A stretch of DNA of 64,000 nt, from assembly GCA_034780895.1 (NCBI GenBank), contig JAUZTB010000069.1:3005867-3069866 (forward strand), given 5' to 3'. A program made the translations under genes and the position numbers. Origin of the DNA: Rhynchobatus australiae. Lineage: Eukaryota. Shown piece after piece: positions 1-13,839 of this stretch; position 1 is the stretch's first letter; the number at the start of each line of letters is the position of its first letter. The notes under the pieces were generated by a model, which did no database searches, was not told where the DNA came from, and saw only the letters and a program-made list of their open reading frames with translations.

Positions 1-3000
1 GTTGATGGGTGTACAAATTATCTGAATTGTCATAGCACTAGTAATGGATTGTTTTCAAAGTGTTAAAATGGCTCCCAAGATTTGGTATATTATCTTCTGC
101 TATTATTGGAAATTTCATTTCTGTTGAGTTACTTTGGTTGATCTGTGAGCCACTGAAAACTTAGTCAGTATGCTTTTCTTCTGATTTTTCTCAATTAACA
201 TACCTGTGGTTGTTTTGAAGACTTGCTGAAATACAACGGAGTCTTTTTCCCTGGACACCTTATTCTTAGAATGGATTTTTTTTAAATGCACATTAGCTCC
301 AAGTTTTGATTAGTCTTTTTTTTTGTAATGATGTAAATATGGTCTAGGCTACCCTGAATTTAAACTTGCCTGTCTTATTCTAAGTTCGAAATGTGCTTCT
401 TCCATACTTTTCTCCTCCTTGCCTGACATCCGTGTATTGAAATTGAGTCTTCACACAATCCTTTTCAGCACTTTTTCCTTGAGATTTAAAAACTGTAAAA
501 CTTTCCTTTGTCATTCTTTTTGTAAAACGCATCTGTGCTGTCATATTCTGATCACAATTTCTAGATTTTCTATTCATTCAGTTTTTCTAATGTGGCATCC
601 TGCATTTACCCTTTTGATTATTCATGTTGAATTTGTAATGGGAAAGGGAACTACATTTAATTAAGTCTTCTATAGATCTTTTTAAAGCCTGTTGCTTAGC
701 TGAGAGTCACTGTAATTCAGCAAGCACAGGTAATAGGTGAAAGGGATGGAGTGAGTTTGTACATGGGCAACAGAGTTTTGGATGACCTAGAATGTAGAAC
801 AGGGGAGGCCATTCAGGTGCAATGGAATAGTTTGTCCTACAGGCAACAAAAGGACAGATAAAGGGTTTCAGAAACGACAGAGCTGAGGCAGGGATGGGTG
901 TAATTATGGAGGAGATGCAACGATGTTGTCAAAGACAGCGTGTAAATATGAGGGAGAAAGATCAATACTACTCAATTATGGACAAACATCAGCATGGGAT
1001 AATAAGCTCTTGTGGGGATAAAACTGGGGCAGTTAAGAATCTAACTGGAAGGTTCTGCTCTGGGCAGTGATGAAGTATGAGGATAATATTGATCAAGCAT
1101 GTCAGATGCTGCAGTGTGGTTAGTTACGAACCAGCAACAAAAGAAACACACTGAGACATGTATAAGTGTTTAAAAACTATTTAATAACTACTTATGATAA
1201 TAAGAAAAATAAAAGTAAAAATGTTAGAGTATTAGAAGTAAAAATGTTAAACCTTGAACATTAACCCCCAAAAACTAACTAAACGTCGTGTGTGTGGCAA
1301 ATTCCCAAATTCCACGTCCAGGAATGGTTCTTAAAGTTCAGTTCAGCAAGCCATAAGGTGAAACNNNNNNNNNNNNNNNNNNNNNNNNNNNNNNNNNNNN
1401 NNNNNNNNNNNNNNNNNNNNNNNNNNNNNNNNNNNNNNNNNNNNNNNNNNNNNNNNNNNNNNNNCCACACACACACTATCTAAAAGGGACACTCACCAAT
1501 AGTCCGAGTCTGTAGCAGGTTGAAAAGGACAAGGCAAAAGAATACCTATTGTGCAATTATGAGTTAACGGTGACAATTAAGAACTGTTTTGGTACAGTGA
1601 GCTCCATGATGTAGCACCTTGCTAACAATCTTATTGGCCTCTCCTTTAGCCACTAATAAGTGGACAGTTTTCAATATGTTTCAGCAGTTTGATTTTCATT
1701 GAGATTTATTTCTATTCTGCAGTCAGAATAAAGCTATTCTTAACCTGAAAGCTGTTTTTGTTTGAATTGATCAGAGTCATCTAGTGGGGAGCTTTGGTCT
1801 TTGAACATGGGTGCTTTTTCCAATTACCCAACTTCAGAGTAGATTCATTAACAAAATAAGCTACTTGAGTTTTCAGTAATTGTTTTTCTTTCAGAATGAT
1901 CAGTGGTTCAAAGTTTTCTTAGTTGCAATTTATGTAGGCAATCCTTTTTAAAAGAAACCATCTAGAAATGTTGGTGTAGCTACATCCTGAACACCAAAAG
2001 CAGTTCAGCATTAATGTTCTGAAAGACAAAAACAGATCTAGAAAGAGTCACTGCATATTTTTTTGAGGTATTACGATTGGGAGTCTTCTAGCTCCTTATA
2101 GTTGCTTCTACTTGGTAGTTTCCTTTCTCTTAATATAGATCGGTGTTGACACTATTGCAGCAACTCGTGTCCACCTACATCTATTGATGTGAATGGTTAC
2201 ATTAGTTATATACAGGTGTAATGGAAGGGGGTGACTTTAAATATATATTTAAGGAAGGAAAATAATTTTGGCAAATGCTGAATGTTGCAAATATACTGTG
2301 CAGCAAAGGATCTCTGAAACCATGCAGTGTTTTTTTTTCTCTTTTTAAATGTGTTTCTTTCCTCCTCATAGATTTTGCACCTTGTGACCCAGATGAAGGG
2401 AGATGGGAAGGAGACCTGGTCCAAACTTGGTCNNNNNNNNNNNNNNNNNNNNNNNNNNNNNNNNNNNNNNNNNNNNNNNNNNNNNNNNNNNNNNNNNNNN
2501 NNNNNNNNNNNNNNNNNNNNNNNNNNNNNNNNNNNNNNNNNNNNNNNNNNNNNNNNNNNNNNNNNNNNNNNNNNNNGATGTTTACCATCTCCACATCATG
2601 ACACTTCTCCGCTAGTGTGAAGTAGTCAGATGTGTGTTGATTGCCCAGAGGTTGCCAAGAGGCTCTAGTATTTAAGTTAAATATTGGAAAATTAATCAAA
2701 ATGATGAGTTGTGACTGTTGGTTTCCTTCAGAGACCAACTAAACTTGTTGTTTGTGTTTTGGACATCCATTGTGTTTCCCAGCAATCAGCTTAAAAATTT
2801 ACTTCCTGTCTTTGATTTTAAAACAAAAACTAGCTTCTCTACTTCCCTCTATTCCCACTGAAATCTTTTGACAATGTTTTTAATGTTTCTAGATTTGATT
2901 TCACCATTGTCGTCATGGTTTTCATCCACCATAAACTTGGCTAACCACATTGTCTTCAGTTAAATCTGGTTACTGCCATACATTGTTGATCTGTAATATC

Positions 3001-4414
3001 TCCCTATATGGTTTATTGATTTTTAAAATCCTCATCTAGCTGTAAAACCTCAACCATATATATATGTGTGTGTGTGTCTTTTGCAACTTTGTCCTCTGAT
3101 TCTGATCTACTACATATCCTTGCCACCCCACTGTCACCTTTGATGCACAACCTTGCTTAAAACAGATATTTTCATCTCTGCTCATCGTTATTCATCTCTC
3201 ATTTGGCTAAGCATCTGTTTAATTTTGTGCAAAGCTTTTTTTCTCTTTTCACATTTTCAGTAATGCCGCCAAATATGATGTAAATTCACTAGATCTATGT
3301 GGTATTGAAACAGTTGATGAATGTTAATACATTGTCTTCTAACGTTTGGGAGACTAAACAACTCTTTCAATCCAGCTTATTCTCTCACCATTATTTTGAA
3401 TCTGTTCTGGTGGCTATCTCATATTTTAGTTGCAAAATATCATTTTGTTCTAGGCTGGTGTAGTCATTAGGAAAGCTAAGATGTTGCCAAGTGATGTATT
3501 CAAAAATGACAATGAGGCCTTGGATCTTAAAGTGAATGACTGTTTCTGAGATTAAATTCTAATAATGTTTGCAACAAATTTGATTTTCAGGACTGAAGTT
3601 CCATGCATGTTTCTTCTTGAACTTTACCATTTTGTATTTGCTAGATTCTGATCAGCTCATTCATTTTGACCATTTACTGTTACGTTTTCATTATACTTTT
3701 TTTAAAGCAGTTGTCTGTTGCTATTCTTACTCGTACAGTCTCTCAAGATTCTGAAGTGGCTGCTGATGTAGAGGTTCACAGACTGCTATGGGTCTTTGTA
3801 GTTTGCGAAATGGTCTGCTCCCTCAAGTTTTTACTGGGATTGTATGCTTCCAGTGAAGGGATTTGAGGCTCAGTGAGTTCAGTGCCATCTTGAATGCTTC
3901 TCAATTTTAAGCGGTTATGGGTCAGAAATTCTGAAATGTTATACCTTTTACCTGGCAGCTTTGGGAACATCCCTTCAGTCACTACCTCTATCCTGCTTGT
4001 AATCTTTTGCTGTGAATTTGCTTGAAGTGGAGTCCCTGCTTCGGGAGTTTGGTGTTGGGCAGGTAAGCAATGAAGGCTGCCACTGGGACTTGTGGATCTT
4101 TCTTGTCAGGGAACAGTGTTGTGCTGTCAAAGGTGACCTTTTTGTTTTTATGGATCTTTAGTATGAGCAAGGTTCATTCTCCTCTCTTAATTGAGAAAGT
4201 TGATGACTTGGAGCTCAATTTCCAAATGCACTTGTGCAAGGATGGTGTGATTTCTAGAGCTGGATCACTTTGTTTGGACTGATCTAGTTCTGGAGTGGAG
4301 GCAATATAGCTTGAATATTTTGTAGAATAGCTCTATTCCAACAGGAAAATTGTTGGAGCAGAATGCAATATTGTGAGAAATGAGGGGTGATGATGCAACC
4401 TTATTTGACAGCAG

Positions 4415-4744
4415 TCATAGAGTCGACAAGTACTATAGCGCAGAAATCGGCCTTTCAGCCCATCTAGTCTATGCTGACCTGATCTTCTGCCTAATCCCAT
4501 TTATCTGCACCCGGACCATATCCCTTCAAATCCCTCCATCCATGTAACTATCCAAACTTCTCTTAAATGTTACAATTGAACCCATATCTACCACTTCTGC
4601 TGGCAGCTCATTCCACACTCGCACCATCCTCTGAGTGAAAATGTTCCCCCTCAAATTCCCCTTGTATATTTCACCTTTCACCCTAAACCTATGTCTTCTA
4701 GTTCTAGTCTCATCTAACCTTAGGGAAAAAGCTTGTATGCATTC
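4415..4744 (-). mobile_element. CR1-like LINE 3' end fragment
   Basis: TRRHRFRVKG...FTQRMVRVWNELPAEVV..FKRSLD, a CR1 ORF2 C-terminus; near-copy at 6160-6470. Confidence 0.85.
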
Positions 4745-4944
4745 NNNNNNNNNNNNNNNNNNNNNNNNNNNNNNNNNNNNNNNNNNNNNNNNNNNNNNNN
4801 NNNNNNNNNNNNNNNNNNNNNNNNNNNNNNNNNNNNNNNNNNNNTCAGAAAATAAAGCTGTCCATATCTGCATATGGGAAGGGCCTGGACAGCATTCAGA
4901 CAGTGGCTGCTAAGTGACAAGTAACATTCACATCACACAGGTGC

Positions 4945-5230
4945 CAGGCACAGTAGTGTACCAGTTAGTGTTATGCTATTCAGTGCCAGCGACCCAGGTT
5001 CAATTTCGGATGCTGCCTGTAAGGAGTTTGTACGTTCTCCCCTTGTGTCTGCGTGGGTTTCCTGCGGGTGCGCCGGTTTCCTCCCACATTCCAAAGATGT
5101 ACAGGTTGGGAAGCTGTGGGCATGCTATGTTGGTGCTGGAAGTGCGGTGATATTTGTGGGCTGCCCCCAGAACACTCTATGCAAAAAGATGCGTTTCGCT
5201 GTGTGTTTTGATGTGCATATGGCTAATAAA
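4945..5230 (+). mobile_element. tRNA-derived V-SINE (HE1-like)
   Basis: B-box-like ggttcaat and the V-domain gagtttgtacgttctcc...gggtttcctgcgggtgcgccggtttcctcccaca. Confidence 0.8.
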
Positions 5231-5269
5231 GGAATCTTATCTTATTTCTATTAAGGAGGAATCTTGCTA

Positions 5270-5870
5270 CCTCTCCTTGACATTCAATGGTATTCTGCTT
5301 ACTGTAAACCAGAAACTTGACAAGACCAAGACAGACGCTGTATATCAAAAGTGACTCAGCTTCTAATTGCCCCCATCCTGTTCACCACCTAAAACCACAT
5401 AAAGAGTCTGATGTAATATTTTCCACTTGCCTGGATGAGTCTGGCTGCAATAGCATTCAAGAAGCTTGACACTATCCAGGACAAAGCTGTCAGTTTGATC
5501 GGCACCCTATTTTCCACTCAGAAATTACTTGTTTCACAACCAGTACATTGTGGCTGCAGTTTATACAAACTACAAAGTGCACTGTGGTCACTCAGTTGAG
5601 CTGCTCTGACAACACCCTGCAGACCCAAGATTACTACCACATAGGACAAAAGCAGCAGGTACATGGGACTGTCATAGTCTGCAGGTTTCCCTCCAGGTCA
5701 CACGTTATCCTGATGAGGAAATATATCCCATCATTTTCTGGAACTCTTTTCCTATTAGCACTGTCACGAGAAGAACTGGAGCATTTCAAGTAAGTGGCTC
5801 ACGTTCATCTTCAGGCGCAGTCGGGGACAGGCATGAAATGCTAGCCCCGCCAGTGATGTCCCATCTTGTA
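5270..5870 (+). mobile_element. Degenerate LINE 3' fragment (recurrent family)
   Basis: Motifs ccagaaact..., tggatgagt, caagaagct, cctgatg shared with 21100-21900 and 40080-40710. Confidence 0.6.
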
Positions 5871-6149
5871 ATAATTTAAAGACCTTCTGTCCTTTGTTAC
5901 CTGGCATTCAGACTATCTAAAAATGGCACAATTTCCCTGCAAATTGGAGTCCAGGTGATTAAGTTAGTAATTTACAGTGGGGGATTCTCACCAAATCTAT
6001 GTCCAGAAAAAAATTAATCATAGTGGTTATTAACAAACAACGAATGTTAGGACAACTTTGCTCAGAAGTTTGATTGCATGGCACTGTTTTGTTTAAATGT
6101 TAGATCGCACTTGTGGTGCTTAAGCTCCTCATAAATTCGTGGAGTAAAA

Positions 6150-6780
6150 CAGCACAAGAACACAAAAACAGGCCTTTCAGCCCATCTAGTCCATGCCAAG
6201 CTCATCTTCTGCCTAGCCCCATCTACCTGCTTTGGGACCATATCCCTCCAAACCCCTCCCCTACATGTACCTACCCAAGCTTCTCTTAAATGTTACAATT
6301 GAACCCACATCTACCATTTCTGCTGGCAGCTCGTTCCACACTTGCCCCACCTCTGAGTGAAGTAGTTCCCCCTCAGATTCCCCTTCACCTTTCATCCTAA
6401 ACCTATGTTCTCTAGTTTTAGTCTCACCCAACCTTTGGGGGAAAAGCCTGCATGCATTCACCCTATCTAGACCTCTCTTAATATTGCATACCTCTATAAG
6501 ATCTCCCCTAATTCTCCTGGGTTCCAGGGAATAAAGTCCTAACATATTACTATAACTCGGGTCCTCAAGTCCTGGCAACATCCCTGTAAATTTTCTCTGC
6601 ACTTTTTCAAGTTTAATGGTATCTTTCCAGTAGGTAGGTGACCAGACTGCATACAATACTCTAAATTTGGCCTCACCAACGTCTTGTACAGCTTCAACAT
6701 AACATCCCAACTCCTGTACTCAGTGCCCTGATTTATGAAAGCCAAATTGCCAAAAGCTCTTTATGACCTTATCAACCTTG
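6150..6780 (-). mobile_element. CR1-like LINE fragment
   Basis: LYKTLVRPNLEYC, LEKVQRKFT, RRIRGDLIEV, WNELPAE in frameshifted ORFs. Confidence 0.9.
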
Positions 6781-9107
6781 GCAATGATTTCCCTGTGGCA
6801 GGTGGCCTGTTTGCAATCTCAAAGATGGTCACGAATGTATAAGGTCTCTTGGCGGTCTTTGTCTTTGTAGATGTAGAAAATGGGAGTTTGAATTTGTGTA
6901 CATATTCTGTCAACTTTTAGAGCTTCTGTTCCTGAGGCCATTTTTCGACTTCTGTCTTGGTGTAAGAAAGACTGGACCAGTTGTGCAAATTCATAAATAG
7001 AATATTCATAAATTTAAACCTGAATTGAAGTGAACAAGAAGTTCCAAACTATTTAACATTCATTGCATTAATAATACTGAAGTACATTTAGGGCAGTTGC
7101 AGAATCCAGAATTGAATGCAATCTTAGGCTACAGATTCATAATAAAATAAGCTGTACACAAGCTGATTGTCATTTGTTGCTTTTTTTTTTGTAAAAGAGA
7201 TTATTATAATCTAGGGGCTCCATTTTCTAATATATTGTAGGCCCTTAAGTACAATATTAACACATTTTAGTGTGTAGGACAACAAAGTATCTTGTGTTGT
7301 AGTACTATCTTGTCTCAATATACAAAGCATTTTTTTAAATTCACAGAACGTCATATCCTTGTCTATTTATTTAAAATTTGTTCATCTTGGTTGAGCCAGG
7401 CATCCAAGAAAAAAGGTCAAGACACTTAATTTTATTTCTCTGAAAGGGGTATAGATTAATGTATGTTGTGTATATTATGGTTTGGTGCCTCATTTGATTT
7501 ACAAGAAAAAAATAATCATTGCTAAGTAGATTTTTAAATTTGTCACATACCTTTAGCGTTGTTCTTCTGTCATCTGAGGTTGAAGATCACATGAGAGCAT
7601 GTGATGAAATAAAGTTAGATTGTTATCTTTATTCATGCAACAGACTTGCCTGCATATCAGTTACATACACAAGATGGCAGTCAATTTTGCAATTGCCAAG
7701 TTTCCTTAAATACCCAGCGATCTGTTTTTGGAAAGAATGATTGAGAAAGGAATGCTAGTTGGCAGGAGAGTGGTGGAGAACTCCCTGTTGTTGAGTGGAG
7801 TTCTGAAAGATTGTAATTCTATCTGAACAAATGTACAAGGTCTCTGTATAATCTGAAAGACTCCTACAATAGGATCATCTGTTGAAACTGTACTAAAGTG
7901 ATACGTCAAAGATGCTTTGAATTTCTAGGAATATTTTTAAATTGCTACCCAAATAACAAACCCTGAAATCATTGGTTAAATAAAGGAAGTGAAATTTAAA
8001 TTAGACAAATAGGAATTGCACATGATGGTTTCCTGAGGATAAAGGGGGGGAGAAAAGCAAGTTAAATTAGAATAGCTAAGGAGAATGCAGAGAAAGACTT
8101 GACGGGGTGGAGAGGAGGATTTACAACTTGTAATTTAAGGGTGAAAGGAAGTGTGGAAATAAGGAAAACTCTAATAGTGATAAAGGAAAAACAGTGCTCA
8201 ACAATCAGTTTTCAAAAAAAAATTTTTGGTTGGCAATGGCAAATTGATATTTATTGTTCATCCATACTTTCCATGAAGCTATTTACTCTGCCAACCAGTG
8301 AAGGACAGGAGTATCTTGTAAATCCAGTATGGTTAAGAGCAAGTTCCCTTTCCTGGGGACATTCCCTTTCCTGGGAACCAGTTTGATTTTCAGTGTAGTA
8401 GTCTTTCCTTGGTGGCAGGCAAGATTTATTGAATTTGGTTTCAGTTTGTTATGGCAGATATTCTTGATCTCTAGGCTGCCAGCTTTTCTCCTCTCAGAAG
8501 AGTGACAATGGAATAAGAATCAAAATTAAGATGTTAGAAGAACTGTGCAGGATAAGTATGAAAGGAAGCTCTTGGGGTAACTTGGTATGGAAGAGGTTTT
8601 AAAATTCTGACGATATATCCAAAATTGCTTAAATAGAGACGCTTGCAGAGGCTCTACATGATTATCCATGGATATAGAAATTACTCTTTGTCAAAAGGAT
8701 TGCTGTTGCTTTATAAAGATCTGTTGGCCAATCATGTTTGTGGGTAAGTATTTAGAGGCCATATCATGGGATGTATAGATTAATTAAAGACAAAAGCAAT
8801 GACTTAGAGTGTGTTCACTTTAATAGAGAATTTGAGTAATTGTAAATATTGAAGAAAATTTGATAAATTTGAAAATTTAAATTTTCAAAAGAAAATGCAG
8901 TGGGTGTTTATTCAGATTTAGAGAATGCATTGATATTGTGCAGTATTGGAAGCCTGATGAAAATGAGGCACAGGGTATCAACCTGAGTTTGATGTCATAG
9001 ATGGGAAGTTGGTTAGAGAATGAGACAATGGGGGAGGGTGGGGGTAATGCTTAATTATGTCAGACTGGAGAGCTATAAATGGTGATAGTTCTTTATGTAT
9101 ATATTTC

Positions 9108-9322
9108 AAACTCAAAGATGATGCAAATACTCAGCCAGTCAGGCAGCGTTCTGTGAAGAGAGCAAGAATTAATGTTTAGGGTCAAAGATCCTTCCTTCAT
9201 CAGAGCTGGCCAAGTCAGATCAGTTCTGATGAAGAGCCATTGACCTGAAAAATTTATTCAGTTGCTGTCTCCACAGATACTGCCTGACCTACTGAGTATG
9301 TCTAGCATTTTTTGGTTTTGTT
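9108..9322. repeat. Palindromic short element with hammerhead-like core on each arm
   Basis: Left arm (tactcag..agtcaggcag..ctgtg..ggtcaa..ttcatcagagctg) is an imperfect reverse complement of the right arm (cagttctgatgaa..ttgacc..cacag..ctgcctgac..ctgagta). Confidence 0.75.
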
Positions 9323-11741
9323 TTCAAAAACCTGTTTTTAATTTGTTCATAGATCACTATCACAATTTGCAGATGATCCAAAAGTGATGGCCTCAGAAAC
9401 ATATTGGCTAATGGTGGAAATATTGAAAATGTACTAGTTCAAAAATTTCCAGAGAAGGAATGAGAGGGGAAATATGTGCCATGATTATGATAATAGAAAC
9501 AAATTAAGGGTGGGTTCCCAAAACAAAAGTTAGTTGAATAAGGTGAATGGATTGAAGGGGTATGTTGGAGAGTAAAGATTAAACTTCACCATTTGGATTT
9601 TGAAACCTCATTTAAAAGTGACGTATTCAGCTACAATCACGTATAAGTGTGAGTGCACTGATGGGGTTTTCACTTTTGAAATCTTGTAAGCTACGTACTG
9701 TTCTGAATACATAGGTATGTAGAGATCAATTTGTCACGTATTAGAGGGTTTTGATCAAAGCTGTACAGCTAAGAATGTGATAAATGTATGCAATGATTTA
9801 ATCATGTGGAATTTGAGTACCATGTTCTATTTGTCATTCTGCATTCTCTCCCCAGAATATACAGAAGTGCCAGATATTGTTGGTTAGTTTATTATTAATA
9901 TACAGTATTCTGTCCATTGTGGGATTTTTAAAGTATGGGTTTGCTTGTTTGGATTTGCACATCCTTTTCTAAGCACTTCTCTAGGAATGGAGCATTTTCA
10001 TTTGGATACATGTTTTCCAATTCTGCTGTGGAACTGAAGAGTACAACTTTTCTTCACCCCCACTTCCAAATCCATAATTGAGATTTCAAATATTTTTCTA
10101 TCATGCTTTTTACTGGGTCTTGTAATTTCAAAGCCCCAAACACACTGGCTGTCATATGAGACACAGATCATATTGTGGTTAACATTAGAACATGAACCCA
10201 AAAGTACAAGTAGATATCTTGATCTTTAAACAAGATTTGCCAATGTAAATGTGTTTTCACCCCTACTTCCAATTTTATATTTCAAAAAGTAGAGCTATAA
10301 TTTTCTTTTTAGACCCATGAAAATGTTTCTGATGCTTATTTGGTTTTGATTTGTCAACATGCAAGTGCTTGTCTTTTTATAACACCAGATTTTCTTAAAG
10401 TTCACAAAAATTATATGATGTTTAGAAATCAATCTTGTTTAATCTCTTGAGATTAAATTTAAAATCATGCAATTTGGTTGGTTCAAATCACTTTCCTCTT
10501 NNNNNNNNNNNNNNNTACTATCTGCTCAGAATTTGAATGAGCCTGCTTTTTAGAACTGCTAAGATTTGGTAATGAAGTGGGAATCTTCCTTGGAAAGGTA
10601 AGGAAAACATACTAATTGTAGCAATGAGGTATCTCTGAAACAGTGCCGCAATCCAACATTTTTTAGGGAGGACCAGGGTATGCCTTGCAAGCCCAGTTTT
10701 TATTCCTGATTTCCAATATCTTTTTAAAAAGGTTTTGATGACCCATCACTTTAAACTGCTGTAATCCCTTTCATAAGGTACTCAAAGTTATTCAATAGAA
10801 AATTCCAGTAATGGTGACCCCCATGTTATGGCTGTTGGGTAACAGAAGTTTATCCTAACAGAATTTACAAATCACTACCCAGAAATTTGAGATGCAGAAT
10901 AAAATTTGCTCTTACAGAATTTATTTGCGAAAAGAAAGTAATAAACTTGTAGCTGGTTATTAATGGCACCTAGTTTATATCCACATTTAGTTGATAAATC
11001 CTGAAATGTCGTCAAAACATTTTTTCACTAAATATTTTAAGGCACGCTACTATGGTTGTTGAAGCAATAATTTGAGTATTGGCTTCTATTATAATATCTG
11101 CTACAAAAAAAAAGAAAATTGAAAACTCTTGTTATTTTCTGTGAAGTAGCCATATTTTTGAGAGTCTGCAGATTTTTATGCAGTTGGAGTTTTTAAACAT
11201 CTTGGAATGTATAGCCTGAGTGTAAGGAAATGTTGGATGAAATTGACTATGTATATTTGTTGAGAGTACAAGACTCGAAAGTATTCTATTGCAGAAATAA
11301 TAAGCAAGCAATGTTCATTAGCCTGGTGCATTTAATTTTCTTCACACATGGGATTTAAAAAAAAAGGTCAGGTTTCATGCTGCTAAAGTTCTGGGCTGGC
11401 AGTGCCCATTCATTTGGTGGTGTGACAGTCATAATATATGGTAATAGTTGCTTGACCCCAATTCTTTGTTTTGGACAATGGGCTTTGATAGGTCATGTAA
11501 TCTAGTTTGTCTTTGAAAGGTTCTGAGTACAGCAAAATTTGGTGGTTATTGTAATGCCAACCTCCTATCTTCCAACCATTTTATAGCCATTTGTCTTATG
11601 AAACCTGTGTGTTACCAGAAAATTTATAAGCAAAATTTTGTAAATCAAAAAGACTGGGCAGATTGCATTATGGGCAATTTTAGCACTGTTCCCATGCCCA
11701 GAAATTGGTGCACTATTCAATATGGCATAAATTTAGCTTTG

Positions 11742-11872
11742 TATTGGTTTATTATTATCACTTGTACTGAGGTACAGTGGAAAAACTTGTCTTGCATACT
11801 GATCATACAAGTCAATTCCTTACACAGTGCAGTTACATTGAGTTAGTACAGAGTGCTTTGATGTAGTGCAGT
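11742..11872 (-). mobile_element. Rex1-like LINE 3' tail fragment
   Basis: tattggtttattatt...aggtacagtg...gagttagtacagagtgc matches the tail of the element at 38355-39510. Confidence 0.75.
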
Positions 11873-12312
11873 TTCAAAAGCGTGTACTGCAAAAAGTTTA
11901 TTACAATATAGCAAAATTCATAAATCAAACTTTTGTAAATTAAGGAGTACCAATATTAATTATTTTCTCCATTGTAGATTAAGTATAACTTAAATTCAGG
12001 AGCTGAAGGTTCCCAAAGCTTAGAGCATATATGAATGAGCAGCCTCTTTTGAATAATGTAAAGTTGATCATTGATTTATAAATGAGAAATAAAAATGAAT
12101 TAAGTGTTTGCATCTGAGTAGATATTACAAATATATATCATTACAAAAATAATCNNNNGTGTGAGAGATTGCACAATGATTTGTATATTTAGTATAGTTT
12201 AAATTAATTGCTTGTTTTTAATTTCCTTGCAGCTGTCTAAATCTCTGACAGTCCACTAGCGCTATGCTAGTCATCCATTAGCACTGAAACGGAATCCAGA
12301 CCAACTTTCAGA

Positions 12313-12543
12313 ATGCCTGTGCAAGCATCACAGTGGACAGAATTCCTCTCCTGTCCTATCTGCTACAATGAATTTGATGAGAATGTGCACAAACCCATCA
12401 GTTTAGGCTGTGGGCATACTGTCTGCAAAACTTGCCTGAACAAACTACACCGCAAGGCGTGTCCCTTTGACCAGACCGCCATCAACACAGACATCGATGT
12501 TCTTCCTGTGAATTTTGCACTTCTGCAGTTAGTTGGCGCACAG
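12313..12543 (+). CDS. RC3H2: Roquin-2 coding exon 1 (RING finger); exon starts at 12233 with 5'UTR
   Basis: [41 protein letters not shown]...LVGAQ; [11 protein letters not shown] is Roquin-2-type rather than Roquin-1; acceptor ttccttgcag at 12232, donor CAG|gtaaat; 231 nt. Confidence 0.97.
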
Positions 12544-13839
12544 GTAAATTTTTATTTGTTATGCTACAGTTACACCTTTTGGAATTGGCATTTGCAGCTG
12601 AAGATGGCATCATCATTAAAATACACATTAGAATTTTTTTAATTTACCAGTAGTGTTGTCTAAATTGCTCCTCTAATTAAACCAACCTTCATATGAACAG
12701 AGTTGATCCTTGTTGATGACTAAATTAGGGTTCAGAAATAATGTTTCTAATGCATTATATCGGGGTACAAATGCTTTTAGAGGTGTAACTGATCTAGAGT
12801 TATCCTGTACACACACAAAGCCAAACTGATAGAACTGCTTTTCAAACTAATATCAGGGTTGAAAGACTCATGGGGAGGGGCGCGGTGAATACAATGGAGA
12901 TGCAGAATGACAACAGCTGTATGAAGTAACCACTTTGTTCAAGGCTCCTTTTTTATTTCTAATTACATTAATGCAGATTAGTCATTCTGCTCAAGATCCT
13001 GCTTTGTGTCAGCAAAAAAAAATGTGCTTCATAAAGAGTTTTTGTATTGAAAGTGGGAAGCTAAATTAAATTGTATACTACAATAATTATCACTCCTTGT
13101 GNNNNNNNNNNNNNNNNNNNNNNNNNNNNNNNNNNNNNNNNNNNNNNNNNNNNNNNNNNNNNNNNNNNNNNNNNNNNNNNNNNNNNNNNNNNNNNNNNNN
13201 NTATCACTCCTTGTGTGACCAGTATTATTTATCACTTTTAATATTCATAACTTGAATACCTAAAATGTCAAGAAGTTAAGATTATTGAGGAAATTTGAGT
13301 TTAACCACTAGATTTCTTGCATTTAGCTATCATCTAAACTTTGGCTGGGAACATTTGTTTTGCTTGTTATGGGGAAAACTAAAGAAGTAATCTTTATCAT
13401 GAACAAGCAATAAAAGTTGGTATTTAGCTGCTAAGTACATCTTATCTAGACATCTGTAAATTTGATTAGGATGAGGTCCTGACCATGTGCCAGCCTTTCT
13501 CATTTTATTCCCTATTAATGAGATTATCCAAAACTGCTGTTCATATTTTAATGGGCATTGATCCCTTCAATTATAACTGATGTACATTGCCTTCTGATTA
13601 AGCAAAGTTTTATTCTGAAATTCTTGCCCTTATTTTCAATGTTACTCCTTCCTGTATCTATAACTTTGGCCTTGTAACCCTCCCTCTAAGCTATCTGTAG
13701 CTTTCCAGTTCTGGCTTTTTGAGCATTCCCATGAATTAATCTATTATTGGCAGCCTTTCAACTGCCAAAGCCCCAAAACTCTAGAATACTGAATCTCTAA
13801 AGTTCTCTACCTTTCTACCTTACTTTCCCCCTCTTAGGA

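Noticed and set aside
1120-1500. Possible LTR-like repeat start
   Set aside because: Interrupted by a gap, with no second LTR, PBS or coding remnant to support it.
11131-11150. Roquin CDE-like tri-loop TTCTGTGAA (also at 50301-50311), suggesting autoregulation
   Set aside because: Both are intronic with short or bulged stems; functional CDEs act in 3'UTRs, and no 3'UTR is visible in this window.
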